Positions 49,155-59,945 of a stretch of DNA of 64,000 bases are shown here, one piece after another (the stretch's first letter is position 1; every line of letters starts with the position of its first letter). The notes below the pieces were generated by a model. That model had not been told where the DNA came from and searched no databases. It was given only the letters and a program-made list of their open reading frames with translations. The stretch covers positions 58,590,001-58,654,000 of the forward strand of contig OX597822.1 in the NCBI GenBank assembly GCA_951406725.2. Reading direction: 5' to 3'. The position numbers and the translations under genes were made by a program. Source of the stretch: Octopus vulgaris. Lineage: Eukaryota.

Positions 49155-52100
49155 ATGGCTAAGCTGGGCTGTATAAATGTACGTGGAATGGGGTCGAAAC
49201 GGAAACAAATTTGTTTCCTGAACGACCTCACGACACACAGTGTAGATATTGCTATTGCAACCGAGTCCAAGATGAGCGAGACCCAAGCGTTCTCGCCTCT
49301 TCTAAATGGTTTCGAGAAATTTATTTCTCCTAGCCGAGGAAGAGGCAGAGGCGTGGCAGTCTTCATCAGGAAGAGCTTGGACTTGCAGGTAAGTACTGTC
49401 TTTCTGGACCCAGAAGGCAGGCTGGTTGTCCTGGATGTGACTCACGTAAGTAAACAGTCCTTCAGGTTGGTAGCTGTCTACGCCCCGAACGAGGGTAGAC
49501 AGACGGGTTTTTTCCGGAACCTGGAGCCCTTTTTAGCGACGTCGAAAACAGTAATCCTAGTAGGGGACTTTAACACTGTCCTTGAAGCGCACATCGACAG
49601 TGTTGGCTCAACCAATAGGAAGGGGAACCCTAGCCTCAAGGGTCTATTAGAGAGCTTTGATCTAGTAGACCGTTACCGACTGGATGAGCCGAGCGTTCCA
49701 CAGTGGACGTGGAGTAACAACGACGGCTCACACAGATCGTATCTAGATAGGATATTTATTAAGAAAAGAGATAAGGATACGTTTAGTTGTCCACAATTTC
49801 ATATTGTACCTTACTCGGATCACAAATTTGTGACGTGTGAGGTGCAATTAGACAAGTGTCATAGACAGGGACCCGGGTACTGGAAGCTGAACAAGGCTAT
49901 TTTGAATTGTGAAGACTTCCGTACCCGGATTAAGGTGTTAGTTCAGAGGGCATTGTGTGGCACCATCATTAACAATAGATGGTGGCACGCCCTCAAAAGA
50001 GCCATTCGTTTAGAGTCCGTCAGATTTAGCAATCAGCTAAGGATAGATAGGGCTAGTCTAGAGGGCGATTTAGTCAAGAATCTAGACGAGGCAATGGAAG
50101 CTGGCTCTGCATCCGGAGTGTTGGCGGCAAGGACGGTATTGTACCGTCACCTTAACTCCAAGTACGAAGGTTGCAGAGTCAGAGCTAAGCTGCGTGCTGG
50201 GAAACGAGAAGGTATTAACGTGGCCGGATGGGCCCGTCGTGTGGAGAGTAAGAGAGGCAATAGAGCCTCAATTAAATCTTTGACTGACGAACAGGGACAA
50301 AAGATCTATGGACAGGAGGAGATGCAAAAGTTTCTTCACCAGCATTTCGCTCGCGTGTTCGGGGGTGGTGGTTCGCTGGATCGGGGGAGGGCCTTAAAGG
50401 ACTTCCTGGCCGGCGGACCGCGGCTCGCGGGGCGTGAAGTGGAGTGCTGTGAGGGAGCGATCACTCCCGCGGAGATAAAGGAGATACTGGCCGGATGCGC
50501 CGGGGAGAAGTCGCCGGGGTTGGATGGTCTGCCCTATGAGTTTTACCAAAGTATGCCGGACTTGTTCGGGGGAATACTGGCAGGCGTCTACACGAACTGG
50601 CAGCAGAATGGGAGAATCCCCAGTTCTGTAAGCCGGGGAGTGGTGACGCTAATCCAGAAAGACCCGAGCAAGGGGGATAATATTAGTAACTACAGGCCCA
50701 TAACTCTACTTAATGTAGAGTTAAAGATTCTGGCCAAGGTGTTAGCAAAAAGGTTGACGGTTGTCGTGGAGAAACTTGTAGGGAGAGCACAGACATGTGC
50801 AATTCCAGGCAGGTCGATCCAGGACAATCTTCACCTTATACGCTACACCTTAGATAGGGTGGGTAAATTAGCCGGCAAAGGTGGGGTAATGGTCCATTTA
50901 GACCAAAGTAAAGCCTTCGATAGGGTAGACCATGGGTACCTGGCGACGGTCCTCGAAGCGACTGGGCTGGGCCCTGAATTTCGCGGGTGGATCTCCGCTA
51001 TGTATAGCGGCATCAAGTCCACCGTCCAGATAAACGGTTACCTAACGGAACCGTTTTCGATCAAGTGTTCAGTGCGTCAGGGGTGCCCCTTGTCACCACT
51101 TTTGTACGTATTGGCTCTTGAGCCACTGCTGCGAAAGTTGGAGAGGCTGGGGAGTAACTCGGATGAAATCGGAGGTGGGAGGACGGTGACTGCTTACGCG
51201 GATGACGTCACCCTCATCGTGTCCAAAGAGGCCCAACTACCTTGTGTGGAGGAGGTTATCAGAGGATACGAGGCGGTGGCAGGAGCAAAGGTTAACAAGG
51301 ACAAATCGGTTGGCTTGCGCCTCGGCACCTGGAGGAGCAAGCCGATATCGTCCAGTGTCGTGGGACACTGGACGGATGGCCCTGTTAAGTTGCTGGGAGT
51401 TTGGTTTGGACCAGACTCCCAAACGGAGAAGAACTGGAGCGAGGTGACGAGCAGGGTGGAGGCCATAGTACGGACCTGGTCCGGAAGGTCTCTGTCCCTG
51501 AAAGGAAGGGCGGAGGTGGTGCAGATGTTTATTGCATCTGTAATCACCTACCGCCTGACCGTTGTCCCTTGCCCCGATTCATGGCTTAACAAGTTGGAAC
51601 GAATCCTTTTCCGCTTTTTGTGGAAAGGAGGAAAGCCACTTGTGAGACGATCCGTTTGCTGCCAAGAACCGTTAAAGGGCGGGTTAGGGATGCCTTGGTT
51701 GATGATGCGCAGACATGCGTTGAGGCTAAGGCACCTCTGGCACCAACTGGAGGGTGATAAGGTGTGGAGTCCGCTGGCAGAGGGATTTTTCCCGAGACCG
51801 GCCTCCTTAGTTAATTTTAAACCCGGTTACATCAAAAGATGGAAACTGACTCCATGGCAAAAAGAGTGCCGACAGGCACTCACGCTGATCCACAAGACGG
51901 GTAAGGCCGGCTGCGGAAATACCACCTCGGTATTTTATAGAGGGCTGGTGGAGGTAAAAAATGACGACGTCCTAGGAGGGGCTCTGGGGTTTGATGAAGA
52001 CCAGCTCGCCAACCTGTTTAAAAAAACTTTCAGGTCGGGGTATTTGGATAATTTCCAAAGATCCCTGGCCTGGCAGTGCTACAGGAATGCTTTACCTGTT

Positions 52101-52544
52101 CGCGAGAAGTTATCGCGGCACGGAGTTCAAGTGCCACCGACGTGTCCAAGGTGCGGGTTGGACGATGAAACCGTCCAGCACGCCTTTGTTCACTGTCGGA
52201 AGTTGTCCGACTTGATAAGTTACGCAGAACACGTGTTGTCCCATCTGGGACGAGTACAGCTGTCGGCTGAGTCTATGATTAAGATGATACCGCCAACTGG
52301 ACTCTCGAAGGAAGGTGAGGCATGTTTCCACTGCACGGTGGCAGTGGTAAAGGAATGCATGTGGAGAACGAGAATGGAAGGAGCCGCGATAGGGTCCTTC
52401 ATCTCCGGACCCGGCTTGCTCACTTACTTCAGATATCATCTGAAGAGCAAAATGGGGCTGGAGAAGAGGACCCTGCCGCGGGGTGTGTACGAGAAAAGAT
52501 GGAAGGAAGTAGAAAGAAAGGTGGGTGTGAGAAACCCAGCTTGA
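49155..52544 (+). CDS. Tx1 ORF2, copy 2 (1129 aa, intact)
   Basis: Same protein as copy 1 except LWHHLEG to LWHQLEG. Confidence 0.97.
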   Translation: MAKLGCINVRGMGSKRKQICFLNDLTTHSVDIAIATESKMSETQAFSPLLNGFEKFISPSRGRGRGVAVFIRKSLDLQVSTVFLDPEGRLVVLDVTHVSKQSFRLVAVYAPNEGRQTGFFRNLEPFLATSKTVILVGDFNTVLEAHIDSVGSTNRKGNPSLKGLLESFDLVDRYRLDEPSVPQWTWSNNDGSHRSYLDRIFIKKRDKDTFSCPQFHIVPYSDHKFVTCEVQLDKCHRQGPGYWKLNKAILNCEDFRTRIKVLVQRALCGTIINNRWWHALKRAIRLESVRFSNQLRIDRASLEGDLVKNLDEAMEAGSASGVLAARTVLYRHLNSKYEGCRVRAKLRAGKREGINVAGWARRVESKRGNRASIKSLTDEQGQKIYGQEEMQKFLHQHFARVFGGGGSLDRGRALKDFLAGGPRLAGREVECCEGAITPAEIKEILAGCAGEKSPGLDGLPYEFYQSMPDLFGGILAGVYTNWQQNGRIPSSVSRGVVTLIQKDPSKGDNISNYRPITLLNVELKILAKVLAKRLTVVVEKLVGRAQTCAIPGRSIQDNLHLIRYTLDRVGKLAGKGGVMVHLDQSKAFDRVDHGYLATVLEATGLGPEFRGWISAMYSGIKSTVQINGYLTEPFSIKCSVRQGCPLSPLLYVLALEPLLRKLERLGSNSDEIGGGRTVTAYADDVTLIVSKEAQLPCVEEVIRGYEAVAGAKVNKDKSVGLRLGTWRSKPISSSVVGHWTDGPVKLLGVWFGPDSQTEKNWSEVTSRVEAIVRTWSGRSLSLKGRAEVVQMFIASVITYRLTVVPCPDSWLNKLERILFRFLWKGGKPLVRRSVCCQEPLKGGLGMPWLMMRRHALRLRHLWHQLEGDKVWSPLAEGFFPRPASLVNFKPGYIKRWKLTPWQKECRQALTLIHKTGKAGCGNTTSVFYRGLVEVKNDDVLGGALGFDEDQLANLFKKTFRSGYLDNFQRSLAWQCYRNALPVREKLSRHGVQVPPTCPRCGLDDETVQHAFVHCRKLSDLISYAEHVLSHLGRVQLSAESMIKMIPPTGLSKEGEACFHCTVAVVKECMWRTRMEGAAIGSFISGPGLLTYFRYHLKSKMGLEKRTLPRGVYEKRWKEVERKVGVRNPA

Positions 52545-53394
52545 TCATGGAGGAGAGAGAGGAAGTGGAAGCTGCAGGGCCTCACAAATTGCCGGGGTGT
52601 AAAAACGCCAGTGAGACGACAAGGTTACCTACTGTTGTTTGCTATACTAGTTAAGCAAAGGTTAATATTTTTATAACGAATTTAAACAATTTTTAAACGA
52701 TTCTCTTAAATGTTTTTGTATGTATGTCCTGTATTTGTAATTCTGTGTACCGATTTTTATAATCGTAATAAAGAAATATCTACTGAGTACCGCTGTTAGT
52801 TTATTTCTGATCCATAAAGGCTTATAGCTTCAACAGAGTACTGCTTTTTGGTTTACCGTAAGGTTTGTTGTTATTATTATTTCTGTTTAACCATTGTTAT
52901 CACGTTTGGTGGTTCATCGTAAGGGAAGCGTTGTTGTGTTGCATTTGATAAATAATTGTAAACCGTAACCCTTCCCCTTTGGGAGAAGGAGCTTTGGTTA
53001 TTATTTAAAATTGAATTGTGTCCCTGTTTGGAGAAATTGACAATATTTTCACCGTTTACACGGAAGTATTTCTGTTAAAATGTCTTCGATAGAAGAAAGT
53101 CCAAAAATGAACTTCGCTGCAGCCGTCGGATTGTAGCCACACTTCTATACATGAGGGAGGACAAGATACTATTGATTGAAATTACAAGAGACGGGCTAAC
53201 AATTCCAGTCTGTTATATATTTTGAGTATTGTTATCACTAGCGATATCAAGATATAACTTTGTATTTTATGTGTAGATGTATATATATAGATGTACATGT
53301 AATATGTACACATATATACACATTTATACATGCACTAGCACTATGACCCGGCAACGACGGGTCTTTAATGCTAGTATATATATATATATATATA

Positions 53395-53560
53395 TATAAA
53401 CGGAACACAAACGGAATAGAGGGCATTAAAACGTTCGGACAGATAGACAACACAAAAGCGGGCAAGAGAAACAACAATTAGAAGGACAGGCAAAAAAAGG
53501 ACGGGCCATTCTTGGCTTTCTTTCATCAGTCAAGTACCAGAAGTCATGACTATTTCGGAC
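53395..53560 (-). mobile_element. Short PLE-like repeat with degenerate hammerhead motif (family C)
   Basis: Minus strand CTTGA-CTGATGA-AAGAAAGCCAA-GAAT-GGCCCGTC; relatives at ~31082-31180 and ~62145-62240 (CTTGA-CTGAAGA..CGAAA-GACCCGTC). Confidence 0.5.
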
Positions 53561-53878
53561 AGTGATATCCATTGAGTGTATGTTGATACAGGATGGACCA
53601 AGAGTCGGTGAGGACTTTGAAATTTAAATAAATTCTCATTATTTTTATCTTTTAAAGGTAAATTATGAGACACGAATTTTCACAGCAAGTCTGCATTATA
53701 TATCTCCTTTAGATTCTGTATATGATGGTATGATATTGTAAATTTAAAATAAAAGCTTTGAGGAGTTATCAAAAATTGAAACCCTTTCAGGATTTTGGGC
53801 AACTCTGTATGTAAATATGTGTGTATGTGTGTGTGTGTGTATACTTCGGCTAGTCGTGATGGCATATAGTAACATTCA

Positions 53879-53920
<42 letters not shown>

Positions 53921-54262
53921 GTCTGGCACATCCACACTGCATTAAAGGGCCATATCAGACGACACATTAGAGAGAGGTATTCAACTGAAAAGTACAAAAA
54001 GGGAAACAAGGTCCTCGCCACCCTTATCCCTAACACCTCAAACTCAAATAACTCTCCATTCTCCTCTCACATCCTTTCACCCCCGCAAACTCAGCCTCTT
54101 CGAATTAGTTACCCCACCATCACCACCTCCACCACCTTTGCCCAAATATAATTCCAAGAGATAAAAACTGTTTCTTTCAGGAACATTAATCTGAAAATAA
54201 ACTTTGCTAATGGTTAATACTGATGGCGGTGGTGGTGGTGGGGATGATGATGATGATAATGA

Positions 54263-54296
<34 letters not shown>

Positions 54297-54713
54297 GGTG
54301 GTAGTGATAGTGGTGGTTGTACTTGTTGCTGTTGTGGTTTCAGTGATGGAGGAGGTTGTGGTTGGAGTGGTTTTAGTGATGATGGCCGTGAAGGTGAGGG
54401 TAGTGTTAATGGTGGTGATAGTGTTGTGGTAATAGTATTAGATGTAGTAGTAGTAGTGATAGTAGTCTTACGTTGTTGTGTTGGGCAGTTGTTTTGGTGA
54501 AGAAATACGTGGTAGTGGCTTTCGTTGTGATAGTTATCGTGACCTGGTGAGTAGACTCTCCAGAGTCAAATCTGGAGAGTCTACTAGAGTAGATGCAAGC
54601 GCTAATATATGATTTATAAAAACATGTGACATATTAATAAAAATCTGTAAATATAAAACCATCCAGATATCTGAGCACCTTATTTCTTCTAATATATATT
54701 CTATTTTTTACTT

Positions 54714-55050
54714 GGAGGGGCAATGAGACAGTGGTTAGAGCAGCGGACTCGCGGTTTCGATTCCCAGACCAGGCGTTGTGAGTGTTTATTGAGCGAAAGC
54801 ACCTAAAGCTCCACAAGGCCCCGGCAGAGGGTGGTGGCGAACCCTGCTGTATCCTTTCACCACGACTTTCTCTCACTCTTTTGTTTCTGTTGCACCTGTA
54901 TTTTAAAGGGCCAGCCTTGTGACACTCAGTGTCACACTGAATCTCCCCCGAGAACTACGTTAAGGGTACACGTGTCTGTGGAGTGCTCAACCACTTACAC
55001 GTTAATTTCACGAGCAGGCTGTTCCGTTGATCGGAAGTGACGGAGTGTCG
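54714..55050 (+). mobile_element. Chimeric SINE (head of 2515 type, tail of 10403 type)
   Basis: GCGGACTCGCGG..ACCTAAAGCTCCAC head; ACCTGTATTT..AAGGGCC..GAGAACTACGTTA..GCTGTTCCGTTGATCG tail. Confidence 0.8.
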
Positions 55051-55061
55051 CGTTATCTTTT

Positions 55062-55415
55062 TCTTACTTCAGTCATTAGACTGCAGCCACGCTGAGGGAT
55101 CGCCTCCAAGAATTTTTAGTCAAAGGAGTCAACCCCAGTGCTTACTTTTTTAAAATCCTGGTACTTATTCTATCGGTGTCTTTTGCCGAACCACTAGGTT
55201 ACGGGGACGTAAACAAACCAACACCGGTTGTCAGTGGTGGTGCGGGACAGACTCTCTCTCTTTCACCTCCCCCCCATTTCAGTTTTCGTCTACTAAATCC
55301 ACTAGAAAAGTTTTGGTCTGTCCAAGGCTATAAGAGTAGATACCTGCTCAAGGTGTCACGCAGTGAACTGAACCTGGAACCATGTGCTTGGAAAGTAAGC
55401 TTCTTACTACGCAGT
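55062..55415 (-). mobile_element. SINE (family of 61335-61715), degraded
   Basis: GTACTTATTCTATCGGTGTCTTTTGCCGAACC..GGAACCATGTG. Confidence 0.78.
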
Positions 55416-55421
55416 CACCTA

Positions 55422-55565
55422 ACTATATATACGCCAATTGAATGCTAGCTAGCTGTATGTGATTGGTCGGAGATTTGGACAGTATTCGCGTGTATGTGCG
55501 CATGCACGCAGCTGTATATGCATGCAATAGCACTATGACCCAGCAACGCCGGGTCATAGTGCTAG
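55422..55565 (+). mobile_element. Miniature Helitron-like element
   Basis: 3' hairpin TAGCACTATGACCC-AGCAACGCC-GGGTCATAGTGCTA ending CTAG|T; same terminus type as 53335-53374. Confidence 0.65.
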
Positions 55566-55955
55566 TATATATATATATGTATGTGTGTGTGTATGTGTGT
55601 ATATATATTTAAATATATATATATTTAAATACAAGATAAGAAAATGGAGAAATACATCTAAATCAAATATCAATTACCAGATAATACTCATCACATACTT
55701 TATTAAACCACCACATAAGAGACTGTAGGGTTAAATATAAAAAGCAGAACAAATCAGTGTACATAAAGGAATGTACATAAAAAAGTGTACATAAAAGAGT
55801 AATGTTGTATATATGTTGTAAAAAAGTGTACATAAAAGAGTAATGTAGAATATATATAAAAGAGAATATAAATATAAGTATATAATACATCTTACAGCTG
55901 TTTCGGCCATGTAGATAAGTATGTCTCATTTTACCAATATTAGCCTTTTATGGTA

Positions 55956-55987
<32 letters not shown>

Positions 55988-56224
55988 ACATGTGTATATA
56001 TATATATATAGGTGCAGGTGATGGTGGTGGTAGTAGTAGTAGTAGTGCTCGTGATGATGGTGGTGATAGTTGTAGTAGCTGTGGTACTACACTAAATAAA
56101 TATGTTTAGTGCACCTAAATATATATATATATATATATATGAAAAGCTAACAGAATCTCCTGCCGAACATATATTCCCCCTTTAGATACAGGGAAATACT
56201 TTTAAGGGCATATTTCAAAGCTGT

Positions 56225-57490
56225 TTATTTAATTGCAAAAACTAAAAAGGAAAACATGCCGTATCGGTGAAGAACCTGTGTTACCTGAAGTGATTACGAT
56301 AGCTGTAATTGCTAATGGAAAAAAATATGCAAATGAATTGAGGAATGTTCCTTTGTCAAGTAATACTGTTGGTAGTCGTAGTTCAGAAATTAACGCGGAT
56401 CAATTGGAGAAATTTATTGGAAGAAGTAAAAAATTTTTAAAAACCCACTAAATTTGCAAGTCAGTTGGATGAAATGGCTGACATTTCAAACTTAGCACAA
56501 TTATTGATATATGTCCTGAAAACTTGTTCAAGAAGACTTGTTCTGTTGATCTTCAGATGAACGTATGGTATGAGGAAATATTTTTCAAAATTTAGGCGAT
56601 TTCTTCAGAGATTTGAATGCGGAATAACTGTGCTAGAACATGTACTGATGGTACAACAGCTATGGCAGGAAGGATAATTGCATTTCAAGTTAAAATAAAA
56701 TCTATAAACAAAAATCCTAACGCTTTCACTCATTGTATTGGGTTGTCCGGAAAGTTCGTGTCGATTTATAGTAGCTTACCTTTCGACTTATTTTAGAACA
56801 TGGTTGAGTCCATAAAATAGGATTTGACAACATCTCCATTTAAAGCACAGTTTAAGCTATCTTTTCCTGGAAGAAGGTTTATGTTCCTATAACCTGTGTT
56901 AACTCTGTAACCCTTTAAAATGGAAGATAAGAAAGTTCATTTTCGGCACTTGATGCTTTAGGAACCAGACAAAAATTGCTGCAACTCGGCTAAGATGTGT
57001 TACCCCACTCTCCATATTCACCAGATATTGCTCCTTCGGATTTCCACTTATTCAGATCTCTGCAGAATAGTCTTAATGGTAAAAAATTCAATTCCTTGGA
57101 TGACGTAAAAAGATACGTTGATGAATTCTTTGCCATGAAACCACCTCAATTCTGGGAAGAGGGTATTTTCAAATTAAAGGAAAGATGGAGACGCATTGTG
57201 AAACAAAATGGTTCATATTTGGTTGATTAAAAATGTAATGGCAAGTATTTATTGACCTTTCTCTTTCCTTTAAAAATCAGCACGAAACTTTCTGGACAAC
57301 CCAACATGATTCATCAAGAGATTTTATTGTTTAAAGAAATTTCTGCAGTTCTGAAGGTGTTAGAAGATGCAATTAAAATGATTGATTTTATTAACATCCG
57401 TCCACTCAATTATTTAATAACTCCCTATTCGCAAATGGAATCTAAGTTCATCAAAATTTTATTGAGATCAGGAGTGTGAAGGCTCTCTGG
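56225..57490 (+). pseudogene. hAT (Buster/Charlie-type) transposase relic split by a mariner insertion
   Basis: IGEE.VLP, VPLSSNTV, QLDE..DISN.AQL, CTDG..AMAG, THC|MIHQE, IRPLN motifs. Confidence 0.85.
56738..57304 (+). mobile_element. Internally deleted mariner element with intact TIRs
   Basis: TIRs TTGGGTTGTCCGGAAAGTTCGTG / CACGAAACTTTCTGGACAACCCAA; TA left, CA right; LPHSPYSPDIAPSDFHLFRSLQN..GIFKLKERW. Confidence 0.92.
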
Positions 57491-58147
57491 ATAAGAATCA
57501 AGTGTCTATCTAGTCTTTCGCAGAGAAAATCGCCAATGTTCAATTTTACCGTAAATAATCTTTTCTAACTTGCGTATAAGGCCAACAATTTTGAAGGAAT
57601 GGGAAGTCCATTACATCGACCACAATTTATCTACCCCGAATGGATGAAAGGCAGTCAAACTTACAATATGAAAACCAGAATTAATGCCGCTAAGCAATTT
57701 ATTCGGCACCGTAACCATTTTGCCCGTTCGTCGCCTTAAATTTACTGAAAATAATGTGGGATTTCCTTCAAACAAAGAAGACCAACCAAATGTGTGTTTG
57801 TATGGAATGGTGGTAGAGGTGTTGTGACACATTTCTTTAAAAGAAACGTGTGTAATGTGAGGGACGATTAAAAAAGTATGAAAAGGCCTGATGTGGAGTA
57901 TGTATTCTGTGAGTTGTTTTGAACTGAAACCATCTTGTGTATCATTTGTTGTTGTTGGTGCTGCTGCTGCTGCTACTGTTATTGTTGTTGTTTGAATCTA
58001 TTTAGTAACATAGACAGCTGGTTCCTTTAATCTGTATATATTTAGTTTTCAAACTTCATATATTTAGTTTTCAAACGTAAATATATATGTGTGAATGCTT
58101 GTATGTATAAATGCGTTTGTGTATAAATATATGCGTGCGTATGGAGA

Positions 58148-58216
<69 letters not shown>

Positions 58217-58684
58217 ATAAAGGAAGCACAAGTAATCTAAAAGACATCTGAATGGCTTTCTTCGTATCAGACTCAGCCCAGAAGGAAAGGTCCAAGGGCA
58301 GGAGACACGTGTCGTACAAACAACCAGTCGTTCTTTATCTTATCTTTCGCCGAGGTTACGTTACATAACGATCAAACAACTTTTGGCATGCAACAGTATG
58401 AGCGTATGCGTATGCGTGTGCGTGTGTACGTACGTATATGTGTGTTCGTGCACGTGCGTATATGTGTGTGTGTGCGTGTATTTGTTTTTGTGAGCGTATG
58501 TATGTATGCATGTGTATATATGGACATTCAGATGTACGTACGCCTGTCGGTATATTTGTGTATTTGTATGCGTCCGTATACCTTTACATACATGTGTATA
58601 CGTGTATTTCTATCAGTTTCAACATATTTATTTGTGTATACATGTATGTACGTACTTACCTATGCATCTACTTATGTATGTACG

Positions 58685-58716
<32 letters not shown>

Positions 58717-58890
58717 TGTATGTATGTATGTATGTATATATGTACGTACGTACGTGTTTGACTTGTCTCATGAAGCTGTCCAGAGTAATACTTAACTCCA
58801 GAGAGAGAGAGGGAGGGAGAGAAAGAGAGAGAGAAAGAGAGAGAGAAAGAGAGAGGGAGATAGAGAAAGAGAGAGGGAGAGAGAGAAAGA

Positions 58891-58932
<42 letters not shown>

Positions 58933-59183
58933 GATCGAAAATCGGAGTAATTACAGTAAAATATGTTTTAATTGCTTTTTGATAACGGAGTGATGACCAA
59001 TCTACCTCGTGGTATTCAGTTACAATACTTTACATTCTGAGTTCAAATCTCAGCATAATCATCCTTGCCATTTTATTAAAAATAAAGTACCATTTGAATA
59101 GTGGAGTCGATACCATCGACTGTTACCTCTCCCCGAATTCATGACCTTCTGCTTCTGTCAGTACTTTACCTTACACGCACAAG

Positions 59184-59217
<34 letters not shown>

Positions 59218-59275
59218 CATGTGTGTGTGTATGTATGTATGTGTGTGTGTATGCATGTGTGTGTGTATGTATGTA

Positions 59276-59310
<35 letters not shown>

Positions 59311-59322
59311 ATTACAATATTT

Positions 59323-59760
59323 GGATCTTTCCGGTTTGAACGTCAGTTTTTAACATAATTTCTAGGTAACTAAAAAATTTTAAACTTCGTATACTGGTAG
59401 AATGTATTTATAAAACATCTTTTTCTCTTAGCTTTATTGAGAAAATTCTATAATTTGTAAGATATTTGGTCTTTAATTTCTTCAATTTCTGCAATTTCAA
59501 CCAATCACTGACGTCCATTGAGTTAAAAACATTCTGCGTCGTATGAATATGTCCCTCGTTTAAGAAACAGATTGGGTTTATTTACATTTGTGAAAAAAAA
59601 AAAGATACCCTTTCCCTTACCCCTACCCCTAACTAACCCTAACTAACCCTCACCCTAAAACAGATTGAAATGCAATAGATCGATACTAGGGTCATAATTA
59701 TGGGTGACAATTTCATATGACACCACTAGAAAAAAACTGCCGTTCAAACCGAAAAGATCC
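59323..59760. mobile_element. 438-bp MITE with GG termini and exact 8-bp TSD (Merlin-like)
   Basis: TIRs GGATCTTTCCGGTTTGAACGTCAGTTTT / AAAACTGCCGTTCAAACCGAAAAGATCC; CAATATTT at 59315-59322 and 59761-59768. Confidence 0.85.
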
Positions 59761-59885
59761 CAATATTTGAAAGTGTATGTGCACTGGTGTGTTTACACAT
59801 ACTATATATATACAGCTCAGTCTATACATATCTAATGTTTTTGCAACTATGTATAATAAAGATATAATGATAAAGGAAGACATGA

Positions 59886-59945
<60 letters not shown>

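Larger units (their letters stand above)
47517..52778 (+). mobile_element. Full-length Tx1-clade non-LTR retrotransposon, copy 2
   Basis: Near-identical to copy 1 at +5278 bp. Confidence 0.93.
41693..53374 (+). mobile_element. Putative non-autonomous Helitron (~1.13 kb when empty) hosting the Tx1 dimer
   Basis: 5' A|TCTTTATATATATAAAACTGAG + (TG/TCTG)n + CCAATTTCATTCAAATTTTACACA; 3' hairpin GACCCG-GCAACGA-CGGGTC (53345-53363) then CTAG|T; pairing of the two ends is inferred. Confidence 0.65.

Noticed and set aside
42205-52654. Short antisense and alternate-frame ORFs within the Tx1 copies
   Set aside because: Shadow ORFs of GC-richer coding sequence, no recognisable motifs
54204-54500. Gly/Asp-rich ORF
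   Set aside because: (GGT)n/(GAT)n low-complexity repeat
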